Shown here: positions 1 through 32,125 of the stretch, piece by piece
How the letters are laid out: each line of letters starts with the position of its first letter
Position numbering within the stretch: the first letter of the stretch is position 1
Source of the DNA: Amoebidium appalachense
Taxonomy: Eukaryota > Protista > Ichthyosporea
DNA length: 64,000 nucleotides
Assembly: GCA_963693365.1 (NCBI GenBank)
Contig: CAVNZM010000003.1
Location: forward strand, 1,762,768-1,826,767
Direction: 5' to 3'
The notes under the pieces: generated by a model
What the model saw: only the letters and a program-made list of their open reading frames with translations
Databases searched by the model: none
What the model was told of the DNA's origin: nothing
Position numbers and translations under genes: made by a program

Positions 1-118
1 TCCCTTTTTCTTTTGGTTTCTGTTTTGATCGTCTTATATGTATTTCCGGTTGGCTGCATCACAACACTAATGCATGCATTCTTCCTTCTGAGGCATCCAC
101 AGTCAACCGTCTTTTGGG

Positions 119-149
<31 letters not shown>

Positions 150-212
150 GCACGCGCGCAAGCACGCCCGCACACACGCACACACACACACACATCTACT
201 TCCCCATCTACA

Positions 213-290
<78 letters not shown>

Positions 291-393
291 CCCCCCTCTC
301 CATCCCCCCCCCCCCCCCCCCCCCCCTCAACACACACACACACACACACACGCACACAAACACACACACGCATACACACACACACACACAGAC

Positions 394-476
<83 letters not shown>

Positions 477-509
477 GCACGCACGCACGCACGCATGCAC
501 TCACATGCA

Positions 510-591
<82 letters not shown>

Positions 592-667
592 GCACACACA
601 CGTGCCGCGCACACACACACAACCCCCCCCTCCCCCCCCCTTCCCCCCCAAACACACACACACACAG

Positions 668-17919
<17,252 letters not shown>

Positions 17920-17984
17920 GCACATCACCCCACCCCTTCTTCCCCGCCCGATCACACACAAACTCGCACACACCCAAACACATA

Positions 17985-18107
<123 letters not shown>

Positions 18108-18594
18108 CAAGCGTACATGCACGTGGTGTAAAAGCTTAAAGCAAAAATAAACGCGTGAATACATACACGTGCATACGATTGGGCCTATTTAAGTCATGCC
18201 CTCCATTCTAACTTTTCGATTCCGTTCTTCTCTACTTATTTAATGGTTTGTTTCTTTGTGATGTTTTTGATTGATTTGTTCATCTTCTTTAATTTATTTT
18301 ATTTATTTATTTTTTTTGTGGGGGGGGGGGGGGGGGGGGAGGGAGGGGGGGGGGGGGTAGACTTACTCAAACAGTATGTTTTGGTGTAAGCTCTCTTAAT
18401 TGTTAGCAAATGTTCGAAGGTCAAACGTTCTGCCCTGCCCTGTAACTACTAGGGTGATATTCGACTGTTGACTGGTAATTCTAACTTTTCATCTTTTTGG
18501 CCCACACGAGCCCCCCCCTTTCCTGCCCCCCACACACGGTTATAAGGTGGCTTACAGACAGAGATACACACACCGACATGTGCGCACGAACACA

Positions 18595-18695
<101 letters not shown>

Positions 18696-19124
18696 AAACA
18701 CTATGACGGGGGTTACCTTCAAAGTGTTATCATTTCCTTTACTTTTAAGCTCCAAAAACAAAGGAGAGAAAGAGTTGGGTAACTGTGTGATGAATGATTC
18801 GCTTTTTCAACTCATTTGTGAAGCCAGTCGAATTCTGTCCTTGTTTTTTTCTCCCCCGATTAAAAACACCCAATGATGAAAATGAAGGAAGGAATGGTCA
18901 GAAACGTAAATTGTTGTTTGTATAAATGCTGCAAGCGGTGATGTTGAATATTTTTGGATTGGACCCCAAATTTTCAGGCCCTGGTGGCCAAGGGTATAAC
19001 TAGATAACGATGTGTAATACACACGGTTGCCTCTGCTCAATAACTTGACTGAACGGACTGTAACCCCTCCTCTCCCCCTCCCCTCCCCCCCAATCCTGGG
19101 GCCCCCCACCCCCACCCCCCTTCC

Positions 19125-19166
<42 letters not shown>

Positions 19167-19784
19167 AAAAAAAAAGAAGAAAGAAGAAAACAGAATATAC
19201 AAGTACCGTGGACGTTGTAAAAACCCATTCTCTTTCCGATGATATCTTGTCTTCTGTTCTTGGTACATGTGTGTCTCTTGCCTAAATGCTGGCTGTTTGT
19301 TCAAAAAAAAAAAAAAAAAAAAAAAAAAAGGAAGAAAAGAGGGGGAAGAAAGGGGACCCCCCCTCCCCCCCCCCCCCCCCCCCCCCCCCAAACACACACA
19401 CACACACACACACAATCACACATAATCACACTCACACACACTCACACTCAAACACACACTCACAGTGGCTCACACACACACAATGCACACAGCCCCTATC
19501 CGCTTCCCCACTATCAAATCTTATCATGGTCATTATGTCCTTGTTAAAACAATCAATCAATATGATAATCACAATAAAATCGAAATGATGTCAATCATAC
19601 ATGAGGTTTCAAGGCTCTCATTGAACCTCACCGCCTAACTTCTCTCGGCTCTATCAAACAGATCTATAATACTCACCTTTCCCTTTCCACCTTTCCGGCC
19701 CCCGGCCCCTTTCCCCGCCTCCCTTACCCAAATTAAACCCCAAGCTCCCCTCCCCCCCCTCTCGCGGCCGCCCCTCTTTTACCT

Positions 19785-19825
<41 letters not shown>

Positions 19826-22800
19826 CCCCGGGACGCACGTTTCGGTTTTTTTTTGCTTTTTCCTTTTGTCCCCCCCCCCCCCCCCCCCCCCCCCCTCCCT
19901 TCCCTCCCCGCAACACACACATACATACAGTCGCACACTGCCCACACATTAGCCTTGGGTTGTTAACTATGCACACAAATGTAGATCCACACCTCACACA
20001 CGGCTTAATGCACACACCGTGGCTCCTTAATTATTTGGCCTGGCACCACAGGACGTGTTGACACGGTAAAAGCGAAAAACTGCGCTCGCACACGCACACA
20101 AAAAATCCACACATGAACAAAACAGAAGGTCGCCCCTCAGCAAGAATGGATGCCCACGGACAACCCGCTGACACATACGTGTCAGTGCCTGATATCAGTT
20201 TTGCCCGCATGCAGTCACGTGCATGCCACATCATTTGAAATTCGCACGCACGTCAAGTAATATACGTGCATGCACTTATGCAAGTAAATTATGATGCACA
20301 CATGCATCTGAAATGTCACATATGCACTAAGAGTAGGGTGACAGTGGAACGACCTTGATTAGCGCCAATCCCTGCCTTTGATTCATGTTAATATCGCAGT
20401 ATGGTTGAATCTACGCTCCATTTTAGGTCTTTCAGGAGAAGGCTTTCGGGGGGGGGGGGGGGGGGGGGGGGGGGGGAAGGGGGGTCCATTCGATGCTCAC
20501 ATAAAGCAAGTACTGAAGTACAGGTATTTATAGCTATTTGTGTGGGCCACACGAGTTATGATCTATATAGAACGCCATGCATGCCATGCGGGAACAACTG
20601 ATAGGTTTAAATAAGGCACCGGTGGCCAATCACAAGAATCTATTAGTATAGTATAATATATCATCGCCCATCATCAAGGATGACGGAAGCTATGATGGAA
20701 TGCACTGCCGCTAGTGGCTGTATGTCGTTTATTAAATTCTTATTTCCAAAAATACACATCTAATGCTAGTGTTCACCTGTTTACTATTCGTTGTGCACAA
20801 AAATATAAGATTTCAGAAAAAGAAACCCTTTTAAATATTTTTAAATTCAATACCTCGTTTTTTACAGGCCTCTCTAAGAGTGGAAACAATTTGCACATGA
20901 TTCTTGCAAGCATAATCTCGAGCAAGAAAACAAAGACGTTTCTGCCCAGTCTGCCAGTGGATCGCTGTGGCCGGTGCCCACCAAAAAAATGCGGTATTAA
21001 TTAGAATGGTAACAAAAGTACAGCCAAAGCACAAAGGCCAGCTAACAGTATCGCGTACCAATCGTTCAGTCGCTTTATGTTTAAAAAACGTGATGTGTGC
21101 AGGCTTTGTAAACCAGGCCCCACAACCTAACAACCACACCCGTAGTAGGCTGAGCCTCCTGCAATTGGTTCGAAATATTAATTTACACATTCACAGAACC
21201 TAATAGTCCAATGGTCACTGACTGAAAGGCAAGGGTGAAAGAAACAAGTAGGAGGGACCAAAATTTGCGTATAAAACAGCTCGAAAGCTAGTTTAGTAAC
21301 ACCACAAAAGGTAGAAAACCTGTGACCATTTCGAGTCATAGGCATACATAAGTTGGCATGTCGTTTCAGAACCATGCCGCGCGTTAATGTGCACCAGAGG
21401 TCGCCAGAGTTGGCATGTTTGACCCCACCATAGGCACCAAAACAAACCGACCCACCGTCCTACATGTCTTTTGCCTGTTTAAAGGAACCACTTGCTGTAC
21501 TCGTGGTGTTATTTTAGCAAAATCCTGTTCCATCGCGCAGCCCCTCCCATCGTGCATATGATGTTGATATCCCGTTACGCTAGTCGGACCATAACTCTCG
21601 GGGTTTTCAAATGGGGAAGACCTTCCGAATGCGGAGTATTCAAACGCACTCCATTTGTGAGCGTTTGTTTGGGGTTTTGCAATTGGGCCGGAGGGGAAAA
21701 GGCTGAAAAAAGTGAGTGCCCCCAAATTGCATGAGGTCGACATGTGTGTGTGTAGCTGCTGAAATAGAAGGTGGTTCGCGCGTTGTTCGTGGTATTCATA
21801 GTAGTTCTCTAGCGTACCATGACAACGCTCCCACCTCCTTGTTCTTGTTTTTCTCTGGGAAACATACACGTCTGTTTTGTGGAAACCGGTGAGGGAATAA
21901 GAAGAAGCAGGGAAGTGTCCACTTTCACAAGCACGGGCCGGTGTCCCAGGTGACGTGCATCGCGTAAGAATGACGTGTGCCGCGTCTTCTTTATTCTTCG
22001 GTGGGGTTTGGAGGCTGTACTTTTTCCAGTCTAGTGCAAGCACATCAAACATATGGCTGCGGTCCCTGCGTAGAGCTAGCACCCTGTTCATTTTGTTTGA
22101 GATATAGGCACATTGAAGTGCTCAGCCTGAGTAGATTCAGTGATAGGTTTCACCTTGACCCCGGGGACCACGGGCAATATAACGGAGAATGTATGCAGTA
22201 GGCTATCTAGCTCTAGCTACTCTGCGCAGCATGCGAGTTTAAAGAATATGTGCTCTAGCTTTATTTCTATGTGAAAAAGGGTCTACACACAAAGACGTGC
22301 ACCCACATGAACCATATCACATGGCTGCAAAGGCCATTGGGCTTGCTTGGATCTACTGTTATGACCACGTGCTTTTTCAACGGTGGTGGCGGCAGTTGCA
22401 TTAAATAAAAAAAGTAAAAAAAGGCTCCGGCACCATATAGATATGCATATGACCACAGAAAATGAATGCGCGGGTTTTGGACGCAGAAAATCTCGCCTAT
22501 TATCCTCAAACCCGAAAAGTTGTGCATACGAACGCTTATGCCCAACCGCTATGACAGACTGACACATGTACAGATGGGATGGACTCATCTTGTTTATTTA
22601 TTTAAATGCCATCACACCATCTGATTGGTTAGGATAGCAGCGGTGAAAGATGATGCATGATCTACAACCAACCTAAATGTTTGTGCTATTGCTGCTGCCC
22701 AATCACATACTACACCTTAGACCCTACAACAAGATCCCCCCGAAAGGTTCCGTGACGGCTTTCGTGAAGGACGTGCCCTCCAAAAATGAAAATTTTCTAA

Positions 22801-25221
22801 TTTCCCTGTTTGTATGTACACAATAAAATAAGAAAATGATACAACAGACAGGTTTAAAATTTTAAGTGTAATCTCTAAGCTATTAGCTCTCCAAATCCAA
22901 GTTTTCTTTCTCCTGTCCATATATTATGACATTGTTTACTTCTGATTGTTTATTTGAACCCTCTATTTCGAACTTCGGCGTAGGCATCGTCGTGTGCATG
23001 GCACGAAACACTGTTTGTAGGAGCCCCAATCTCCATACAGATCTGGCACAGTGGTCTGCATGCGAGCTAGCAGATCTTGTCTACAAACGAACTCAGCCAT
23101 CCAATACGTTTAATAAAGCCTACCCGAGGTTACAGGAGCCTCGCAAATGCTGTAGCTTGACCTCAGTATGCGAGGTTTGTGGTGCTGCCAGAGTTGCAAC
23201 AACGCACCTAGCAGTGATTCCCTAATCTGTCCTGCTCGGCCATTCAATTCTCACATGCTAAGCCAGCCTAGTGTGCAATGAACTAAAAAATGCCTTTCGA
23301 GTGTCACTACCGTGCCCTAACCACTTGCTCATGGTAGAAAAAAGCACACAAGGGTTCTGGCCACAGCGCTTCAGTGAAGCATGGTCACCGTGGCTTGCTG
23401 CGGCCACTGGCCGCGGCCGCCAAATTGTCAAGTATGATATTATCAAATCGATCGATCTGAGAGAGAGCCAAATTCTAAGTCTTAGAAACGGTATTTTTCC
23501 GCTTTCTAGAATTCGCGACCACGCCACTTTCAAGAAGCTCTAAAACTAGTTTTTCATTAGTAAACAGCGTTTCGCGTACTATGAAAACTTGTTATATATA
23601 ACAATATAATAAGCTTTATAGCGATACCCTACCTGTTAGGGTATTCCGATGAGAACGCGATCGAAAATAGGAAAACCTCAGATTTTGCTCTAGAAACGGT
23701 AAGATCACCGTTTCCAGCCCAAGGAGATGGTGTGTAGTACATGAGCATGCATGTACCATGGAGCTGAATGCGTTTACATCAGGCTGTATATCGTATTGTA
23801 GATGTAGACATGCATGCACACACATGTATGGTTGAACTAATTACTACTGGTACAGTAGTACTGTACGGTACTCGCGATCGAGTACAGTGATGCCCTGATC
23901 ACTGTGATCAGGTGCATGTGGGTGCACAACGCTACCGCAACCCTGCTACCGGCCGAAACTCGTTGTGACTTTCATGTGAGAAAGCAGGCTGCGTGGCGGG
24001 TCTGCCTGGGATCGGGAAGGTGCATAGCTTACACGTGCAGACGTGTGCACGTGTGAGAATGTATGATTAACGCGTACGGAGAGGGCCCCCTCGCGAGTGA
24101 AAGCCCGGCGAATATATAAGGGACGCAACATGTACAGCCGGGCCCCTAATAGGTATTATTCCGAGGGGTCGTCACGTCTGACTCGATAATGGTGGCCCAC
24201 CAGGGTTTGTGTTCGAACTTGTGCACGCTACTGCTGCAGCTGAGCTGTAGCGCAGGTGAAGAAAATATTGGTCAGAGAGCAGTAGCAGAAGCTTGGGTCC
24301 CTTTTCAATCGCAACTTGCCGCGCTTCCACCATCACAAAAAAGTAGGGATATCACAATGATAAGTATGTATGCTCCGAGGCAGCCACTGTGTGTACTACG
24401 GTAGCCACGCGCACGGCTGCGTGGGCAAACACTTCTATATGTACACATGAAGATGACACACACAGTACAGTCACAGCTGCGTTTAATAGTAGTAAATACA
24501 CATGCACATTTAAGAATAATAAGGCTCAAAACACGCTCCGCCCATGCATATTGCCCACTCATGCTGGCCGAAGGGGCCAGCCATACTCGACGCGTGTCAC
24601 CCATGTATACGTACGTGCACCATGCATGTGCACAAAATTCACGAGTGTCGTTACTAGGTCTTACTACTGTCGCGTATTGGTCTGAATATGCATCCAGATC
24701 CACGGATAGAAAAATTCATTATGCATCCGGAAATTCCGGATCCCACGAATAGAAAAATTCAAATTATTCCTGTACAGAACATGCACAACTGGCTCATGTT
24801 TGTCAACGAAAAAAGTGGGAATGTGTGTACGTGTGTCACCAACGTTAACCAATATTAATGTACACGCATGCACAATGTCACGTGTACACACCATGTGTAC
24901 TCTGCAAGTGTTGTACGCGATTGTTGGAGTGTCACTGAGCTTTTGGGATATCCGATCCGTGTCACAGTGCTGAGGACACAGTGGCCGGGCTTTTCACAGG
25001 GAGAAAGTCCGCCGACGCGTGCAGGCATAAATATCCCCCCCCCCCCCCCCCCCCTCCCCGGGGCCCCCCTCCCCCCCTCCTCTCTCTCTCTGTCTCTCTC
25101 TCTCCCCTCCCCCCCCCCCCCCCTCCTCTCTCTCCCCCCTATCTCTCCCTCTCTCTCTCTTGCCCTCTCTCTCTCGGACCGGTGTGTGTGTGTGTATGTG
25201 TGTGCACGTGTGTCCGGTGTT

Positions 25222-25254
<33 letters not shown>

Positions 25255-26461
25255 GTTTTTTTTTTTTTTGAAGGAGAGGGGGGGGGGGGGGGGGGGGGGA
25301 GGGGAAAGGGGGGGGGGGGGGGGGGGGGGAGAGGGGAGAGAGAGATAGAGCGAGCGAGAGAGCGAATGTGTGTATTATGTGTTTGTGTTGGTGTGTGTTT
25401 AGGAGGGAATGCAAGTGTTTGGTGCATCGTTTGGTGTGCAGGGGGCAGGAGTGCACATGTATGTACTTTCTGAAAGGAAGGTGGAAAAATGTCTCGATGA
25501 CTACTCCAGATTTTCAAAGAGTACGTGAAATTTGGGTGCCACGGTTGAATGAGTGCAGCCATATCCAAGCTGAATTACACTATATATCTTTGTATTTAGT
25601 ACATGTGTATTTCAGAGTTCACTCGGAATGCCCCCCTCCCTCCCTCCCCCCCCCCCCCCCCCCCCCCCGCCCCAACATTTTCCTTTTTTGGCAAAGGTGC
25701 CCATTGCATGTGGTAATAGATTATTATTGATGAAGTGAACATTTCTAATGTAGTATAATAGATAGATAGCGTTTAGATTTATCTAGATATTGTCCAAACT
25801 TAATGCTCTGTGCACTCATCGAAGCCAGCCCTTCGTATGTACTATTACTATTGCTATATTATATTATGCGGCCACCGGGATGGTACATAGATGATGGCAA
25901 ATTGCATAGATAAGGTGTTTTATCGATTTACCTACCTACTTGTTATCACGGCCAAGAGTATCCTGCCTATAAAGCCTTGCCTAAAACTCACCATTGACAC
26001 ATGTTCTTAGAGGCTAACAGCAACAAATATCACAAACCTACACTCGCGTATTCATACATCTCAGTTTAGACCCCACACACGACAGACCATATATGTAGAT
26101 ATTGAATTTGATTAATTATTAATTATTGTATTTATTATTTATATAGGTGTAAAGGGAATTCTAGCTGTCCCCCTATACCATCGTGCAGGGCGGGCAGTGT
26201 ATGCATGAATATGATGGTGTAGTACATAAATGCGAGGGGCCACCCCTTATTCAGGAAAGCAATTGTAACGATAAAATTCCGACAGTAATATTATTCAATA
26301 CTTTATCATTTGATAACCTCAATAAACAGGCACCTGTCCGGTGACATGCGACCATATTATACCATAATTTCTGTAAAAATCTAACCTAAAGTTGTTTTTA
26401 CCATCCATTGTTCCCTAAAACAGTTAGCGAAAAAACAATTCTATGTGCTATAAACATTGAC

Positions 26462-26576
26462 CTACTTCGTGTATGTCGGCTTAAGGAAGACAAGGTGGAA
26501 TCGGGGCATATTGGTCAGATGTTTGCACTCTATCTTTTCGACTTTGAAGCCGTAGGTGGGCGCAACCTGTGTGTGT

Positions 26577-26653
<77 letters not shown>

Positions 26654-27094
26654 CCAGGGCAGCGCTTCGTGTGGCTGGGTGGGGTTGTGTGTGCGCTTTT
26701 GGGTGTGCGTGTATGAGTGTGCACGGGCGGGCATATATTCGTGTGCGTGTGAGTTGGGGGTGCGGGTGTGTGTGATTGGCTGTTAGTGGCTGCACATGCA
26801 CATGCTTGTGTGGATGTGTCCACCTACGCCCGCACCAACCGCACATGCTCTGTACTAAACCTTGTGGTTTAAAAAAAACGGGGGAAGAATATAGCATCAC
26901 TTATTTGACAAGGAGCAACATACGTGCATGTGCATGCAAGCCGTGGGAAACTCAGCAAAACGGTTCTAGTCAGACAAAACTATATGGCATCCGAACACAC
27001 ATACACACACCCATTGACCCCTACACGTACATACGCTCACATGAACACATACACAAGGACTCCCCCCCCCTCCCCCCCCCCCCCATTCCCCCCC

Positions 27095-27163
<69 letters not shown>

Positions 27164-27295
27164 ACCACAAATACACGGACAAACGAACGTAAAACCACAC
27201 GGGGGAAAGGGTGGTGGGGTGGTCAAGTATGGGTTATAGAGTTCACGACTGGACAGCACCATATACTTTTTTTTTGTTGTTGTTGTTGTTGTTGT

Positions 27296-27331
<36 letters not shown>

Positions 27332-27466
27332 GACAGTTTGTCGGTACCTTGATCAAAGCATTCATTGGCTTACGATCACCGTTTGCAATCACCACATGGC
27401 CCGTTGGTTTGAGAAGGAGACGGAGGGTGGAGAGAAGGGCAGAGTTAAGGTTGTCCTTGTAGATGA

Positions 27467-27542
<76 letters not shown>

Positions 27543-27788
27543 TGTTTGTGCGTGTGTGTGTGTGTGCGTGTGTGTATGTGTGTGTGTGCGTTGGGGGGGG
27601 GGGGGGGGGGGGGGAGGGGAGAAAGAGAAGATGGTTGAGGGGTGCAGGCATATATGTGAGTGTCCAGGTGCATTAGGGAGGTAAGGGGTGTGTTTGGATC
27701 ACCATGAGCAGCAGTGAAAAAGGGACCTCCTCACCCACTTAAAGTCATAAAATCACATGACAAACGATGCCTATTCCCGACATACCCC

Positions 27789-27847
<59 letters not shown>

Positions 27848-28428
27848 CACCACCATCTCTCCATATTTCAACCCAAGAACTCTAAGAAGTAGACGGGAAA
27901 AAATGGAAAAAACTGCCACCACACGCACACCTTTGCCTACACATGCCACCTGGGACACCAAACCACAGGCAGCCGCAAGCACACAGCCATGTGGACACAC
28001 ACACACATACACTTACACCCATACCCACACCACTCTTGCCCCAGCCGCCCACCCAGACCCCCCCCCCCCCCCCCCCCCCCCACACACACACAAACCCACC
28101 CATCCCCCCCCCCCCCCCCCCACACACACACACAAACCCACCCATCCCCCCCCCCCCCCCCACACACACACACAAACCCACCCATCCCCCCCCCCCCCCC
28201 CACACACACACACAAACCCACCCATCCCCCCCCCCCCCCCACACACACACACAAACCCACCCATCCCCCCCCCCCCCACACACACACAAACCCACCCATC
28301 CCCCCCCCCCCCCACACACACACACACAAACCCACCCATCCCCCCCCCCCCCCCCCCACACACACAAACCCACCCATCCCCCCCCCCCCCCCCACACACA
28401 CACACACACACACAAACCCACCCATCCC

Positions 28429-28459
<31 letters not shown>

Positions 28460-28520
28460 AAACCCACCCATCCCCCCCCCCCCCCCCCCCCCCCACACAC
28501 ACACACAAACCCACCCATCC

Positions 28521-28551
<31 letters not shown>

Positions 28552-29469
28552 ACAAACCCACCCATCCACACCCACACACACACACACCCACCCGCCCACA
28601 CGCACACACACACACACATTGATCCGAACAAGCACAGCCTGAAATCGTAGTAGCTCAGCCAGGGCCCCCCTTCCCCCCCCCCCCCCCCCCCCCCCCCACC
28701 CCACCCACCCACTGGACGCCCCCCATTATGCTCAGTGTTTGTTTACACGACAGCTTGATGCATCTTCGGATCCCTCCCTCAGACCGCAAAAATGTCTCTT
28801 CCATATCACACTCCGCATCCCTCCCCCCCTCCCCCCTCCCCCTCTCCCCTTCCCCTCCTCCAAACAAACACCCTCCGGCATCTCGTGATATAAAAAAGAG
28901 CAAAAAAAAAAAGTCACCCACCTGCCCCAAGTATGACGTCATATTTCCCGTGCCCCTCTGCAAACTTCTCGGGGCACGTCCAATCCAGAGGGGCCACATC
29001 AATAAACTGAGCACAGACTGCACCACCGTTCACAGCAGAGTCGACATTCCGCCTCAGCCCTGTAACGTTACATAACGTCAGTGCTCGTATGCATGGGATA
29101 CAATCACTAACAAGAAAAGAGCTAAGTTTCACAAGCCGCCTTTGACCCACAACCCCCCCCCCCCCCCCCCTCCCCCACATGCACACGCACACACGCCTTA
29201 ATACCCCCAACCACACACACAAAAAAAAAAAAAAAAAACGTACAAAAGGAAGTCACACAACATCGCGTTTCTGTCTTTTCAATCAAGAAAACACGTGCAC
29301 AAAAGGGGGGGAGGGAGGGGGGGGGGGGGGGGAAGGGAGGTTGCAATGCTTTCAGCAGGGCAGAGAGAACTACAAGACTTGGTAAATATCACTATAGAGT
29401 ACGGCATCTACACTGCAGGTAAAGCCTACGAGTGGAAGGATTTGAGTAACATGCAAAAGGAGATGATTG

Positions 29470-29501
<32 letters not shown>

Positions 29502-29556
29502 TGCGTTTGTGTGTGTGTGTGTGTGTATGTTCGTGTGTGTGTGTGTGTGTGTGTGT

Positions 29557-29621
<65 letters not shown>

Positions 29622-29826
29622 CGCGCGAGCGCGCACCCGACGGAGGGGAAGGGGGGGGGGGGGGGGGGGGGAAGAATGTGTCAGAGAGTACGAAGTACAC
29701 AGCGGAAGACACGATGCAGATTATGCAAAGCACACACAGAGTATGCTACATAAGCACGGGGGGAGGGGGGGGGGGAGCGGGGGGAGTTCACAGAGAGGAA
29801 GGGGGGGAGGGGGGAGGGGGGAGGGG

Positions 29827-29868
<42 letters not shown>

Positions 29869-30742
29869 TTATTCATTGGAGAATGGCAAAAATGGATGCA
29901 TGGACATAACACAACCTGGGCCACACAAAAACAAAACACAAAGCAGATACCAAAACAGTGTGCGGGCAGGAAACATCTCGAAGAAGCCCGTCATCAAGGA
30001 GGTTCGTATGCCTTCCCAAAAGAATTATTTCCTTTTCAAAACCTCTCGTGCAAAGTATCCCACGTTCTTTTCTCCACACCTCACCTCCCCTCCCCCTCCC
30101 CCTCCGGCTTTTTCTTTCTTCCCTCTTTCTTTTCTTCGTTTTTTTCTTTTCTTTCTTTCTTATTTCTTTTTTTCTTCTCCTTTATTATTATTTCTTTATA
30201 TATCATACCAATAATATAATAACAATAATATAACATTAGATAACACTAATATTAATTACTTCTCTTTATATTGATTATTCCTTTCTCTACGTTCCCATTT
30301 TCTTTTCCCGTCCCTCTTTCTTCAGGGGGGTTGAAGAGAGAGTTTGTGGGGGGGGAAGGGGGGGGGGGGGGGGGGGGGATACTTTGGAGCACGTGCGGAA
30401 ATGCGTCCGTGAGGGTCACATTTGCCCCCCTCGTAGCAGCAACCAATCCGGTGAGGCCCATACCTGCCCCCACCTCCAGCACATTTTGACCGTGGAGATA
30501 GTCTGCCGGTTGGTTTTCCAAATATCTGCGGGATATACCCAGTTTACATGTGAGCACAACTACGGCATGGCAATATGCCTTTCCGTGCGCCAGAGAGAGA
30601 TAGAGAGATAGACAATGTATGAGTTAGTATTTCAGATTTTTTTGTTTCGGTGTCTATGGCTCGGTCGAGGTGCCATATTCCTGGTGCCGGCATCTGCCGG
30701 CATCTAATCACAGCCTCGAGTGTATGTTAACAAATACAGCAG

Positions 30743-30776
<34 letters not shown>

Positions 30777-30833
30777 AGCACGCACGCACGCACACACACA
30801 CACAAACACACACACACACACACACACTCTCTC

Positions 30834-30879
<46 letters not shown>

Positions 30880-32125
30880 CCTCCCTCCCCACCCTCCCCC
30901 GCCTACCCCCTACTCAGCGAAGGAAATGCACAGCCTCGTGTGTTAAGAGTGCTTTTTAGATTCTCCGGACTAAACAACATATAAGCACATAAGGGTGTAT
31001 TCTTTGGCTGTGTATTAGAGAAAGAAATAAACAGGACTAGAGCGAGGGGGGGGGGGGAAGAAAAAGGTGGGATTGCATGTGTGGGTCGATAAATGGTAAG
31101 AAGGGCGGGGGGGGGGGGGGGGGGGGGGGTATGTGTTTGTGAGTGTGTGCATGCTTATCTGATGGTGTTGGCGGTGGTGGTGGGTGGTGGTGGTGGTGGT
31201 GGGTGGGGGGAAGGGGGGGGGGGGGGGGGGAGGGGGGGGGGGGGGGGGGGGGGGCGGTAAATGCCTGAGACATCACCAAACAGGAACACGCAAGATCTCA
31301 CAGAAAGTGGAAGAGAATAACGGTGAGGTTGGGGATAACCTCAAAAAAGCTCAAAAAGGGAAGAGAATACTTTCAGATGAGGGACGGGGTGGTATACATT
31401 CTCGTGGGAGCGAGGAGGAGAGGAGGGCATCAAGTGTGCTTGTGTATGCTTTACGTGGTGTATGTGCGTGTGTGCTTGTGTGTTTGTGTTTTCAGGGGGG
31501 AGGGGGGGGGGAGGGGGGGGGGGGGGGGGGAGGGGGGCATTGAAGGGTTGGAAATCAAAAGTGGAGACATCTACTAGAACCCTTCACAAAACGTCAGAAA
31601 AATAAGAAAAACCAGAACAAAAAAAAAGGAAAAAGAAAAGAAAGAAAGAAAAAGAAAAAAAGAGGGGCAACACAAGAGGCTCGTGAACACTGCCTATCAA
31701 TAGGGGGGGTTCCCATGCCTCCACAAAAACATTTCGGGCCATTTTCTTTTTTTTATTTTTATTTTTCTTTTTTATTTTATTTTTTTTTGGGGGGGGGGGA
31801 AAAACCTGCTGAGTACAACGGCACCCTCCCACACGTGGTTTCCAACGTCCCCATCCCCTTGCTCCAACTTTAGATTCCTTCCATCAGAAAGGGAATACCA
31901 GAAATGGGGGCACAGAACCAACGCCGTGCACGTGTTTGCGACTTGTTCGACGTCACTAAGTTCGCTTTCACTGAATGTTTGCTTGATTAAGGAAAGGTGA
32001 TTATCAGCATCTTTCGAGCCGAACTCATGAAATGTGGGCGTGCTACGGGATGTGGTCGGACTGAGCAATGAAGGCGAGTTTTTTGCGCTGGTGCCTGGCT
32101 TTGTGATGGTTGGTGCAGCCATCAT
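26462..32125 (-). CDS. SAM-dependent protein-lysine methyltransferase, Methyltransf_16 family (METTL21/EFM-like), ~275 aa
   Basis: Exons 32125-31806, 30525-30383, 29059-28922, 27469-27348, 26566-26462, all GT-AG with consistent phases. Family motifs: [14 protein letters not shown], motif [14 protein letters not shown], post-I VTLTD, LRRNV, LDW, and DVILGADIIY (the DxxY motif). An acceptor-like cacacag just upstream of the ATG suggests a 5'UTR intron or an extra upstream exon. Confidence 0.92.
28060..28570. repeat. Compound minisatellite (CA)n-AACCCACCCAT-(C)n, ~12 units
   Basis: AAACCCACCCATC recurs about every 35-48 bp in methyltransferase intron 3. Confidence 0.9.
29677..30030 (-). mobile_element. 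Intronic dispersed element, modules B+A (Introner-like candidate), in methyltransferase intron 2
   Basis: Sense strand reads GGCATACGAACCTCCTTGATGACGGGCTTCTTCGAGATGTTTCCTGCCCGCAC...TTTGCCATTCTCC, then a C-run, then GCATACTCTGTGTGTGCTTTGCATAATCTGCATCGTGTCTTCCGCTGTGTACTTCGTACTCT. This matches copies in other introns. Confidence 0.6.
31670..31740 (-). repeat. Intronic element module B copy, ~65 nt after the methyltransferase exon-1 donor
   Basis: AAATGTTTTTGTGGAGGCATGGGAACCCCCCCTATTGATAGGCAGTGTTCACGAGCCTCTT. Confidence 0.6.

Noticed and set aside
21384-22091. 235-aa minus-strand ORF as a bona fide gene or transposase
   Set aside because: No recognisable catalytic or domain motif and no supporting splice structure; mentioned only as part of the repeat-free island.
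29341-29470. Non-repetitive segment with plus-strand frame [39 protein letters not shown] as an exon
   Set aside because: Not needed for the methyltransferase, antisense to it, with no partner exons or recognisable motif.
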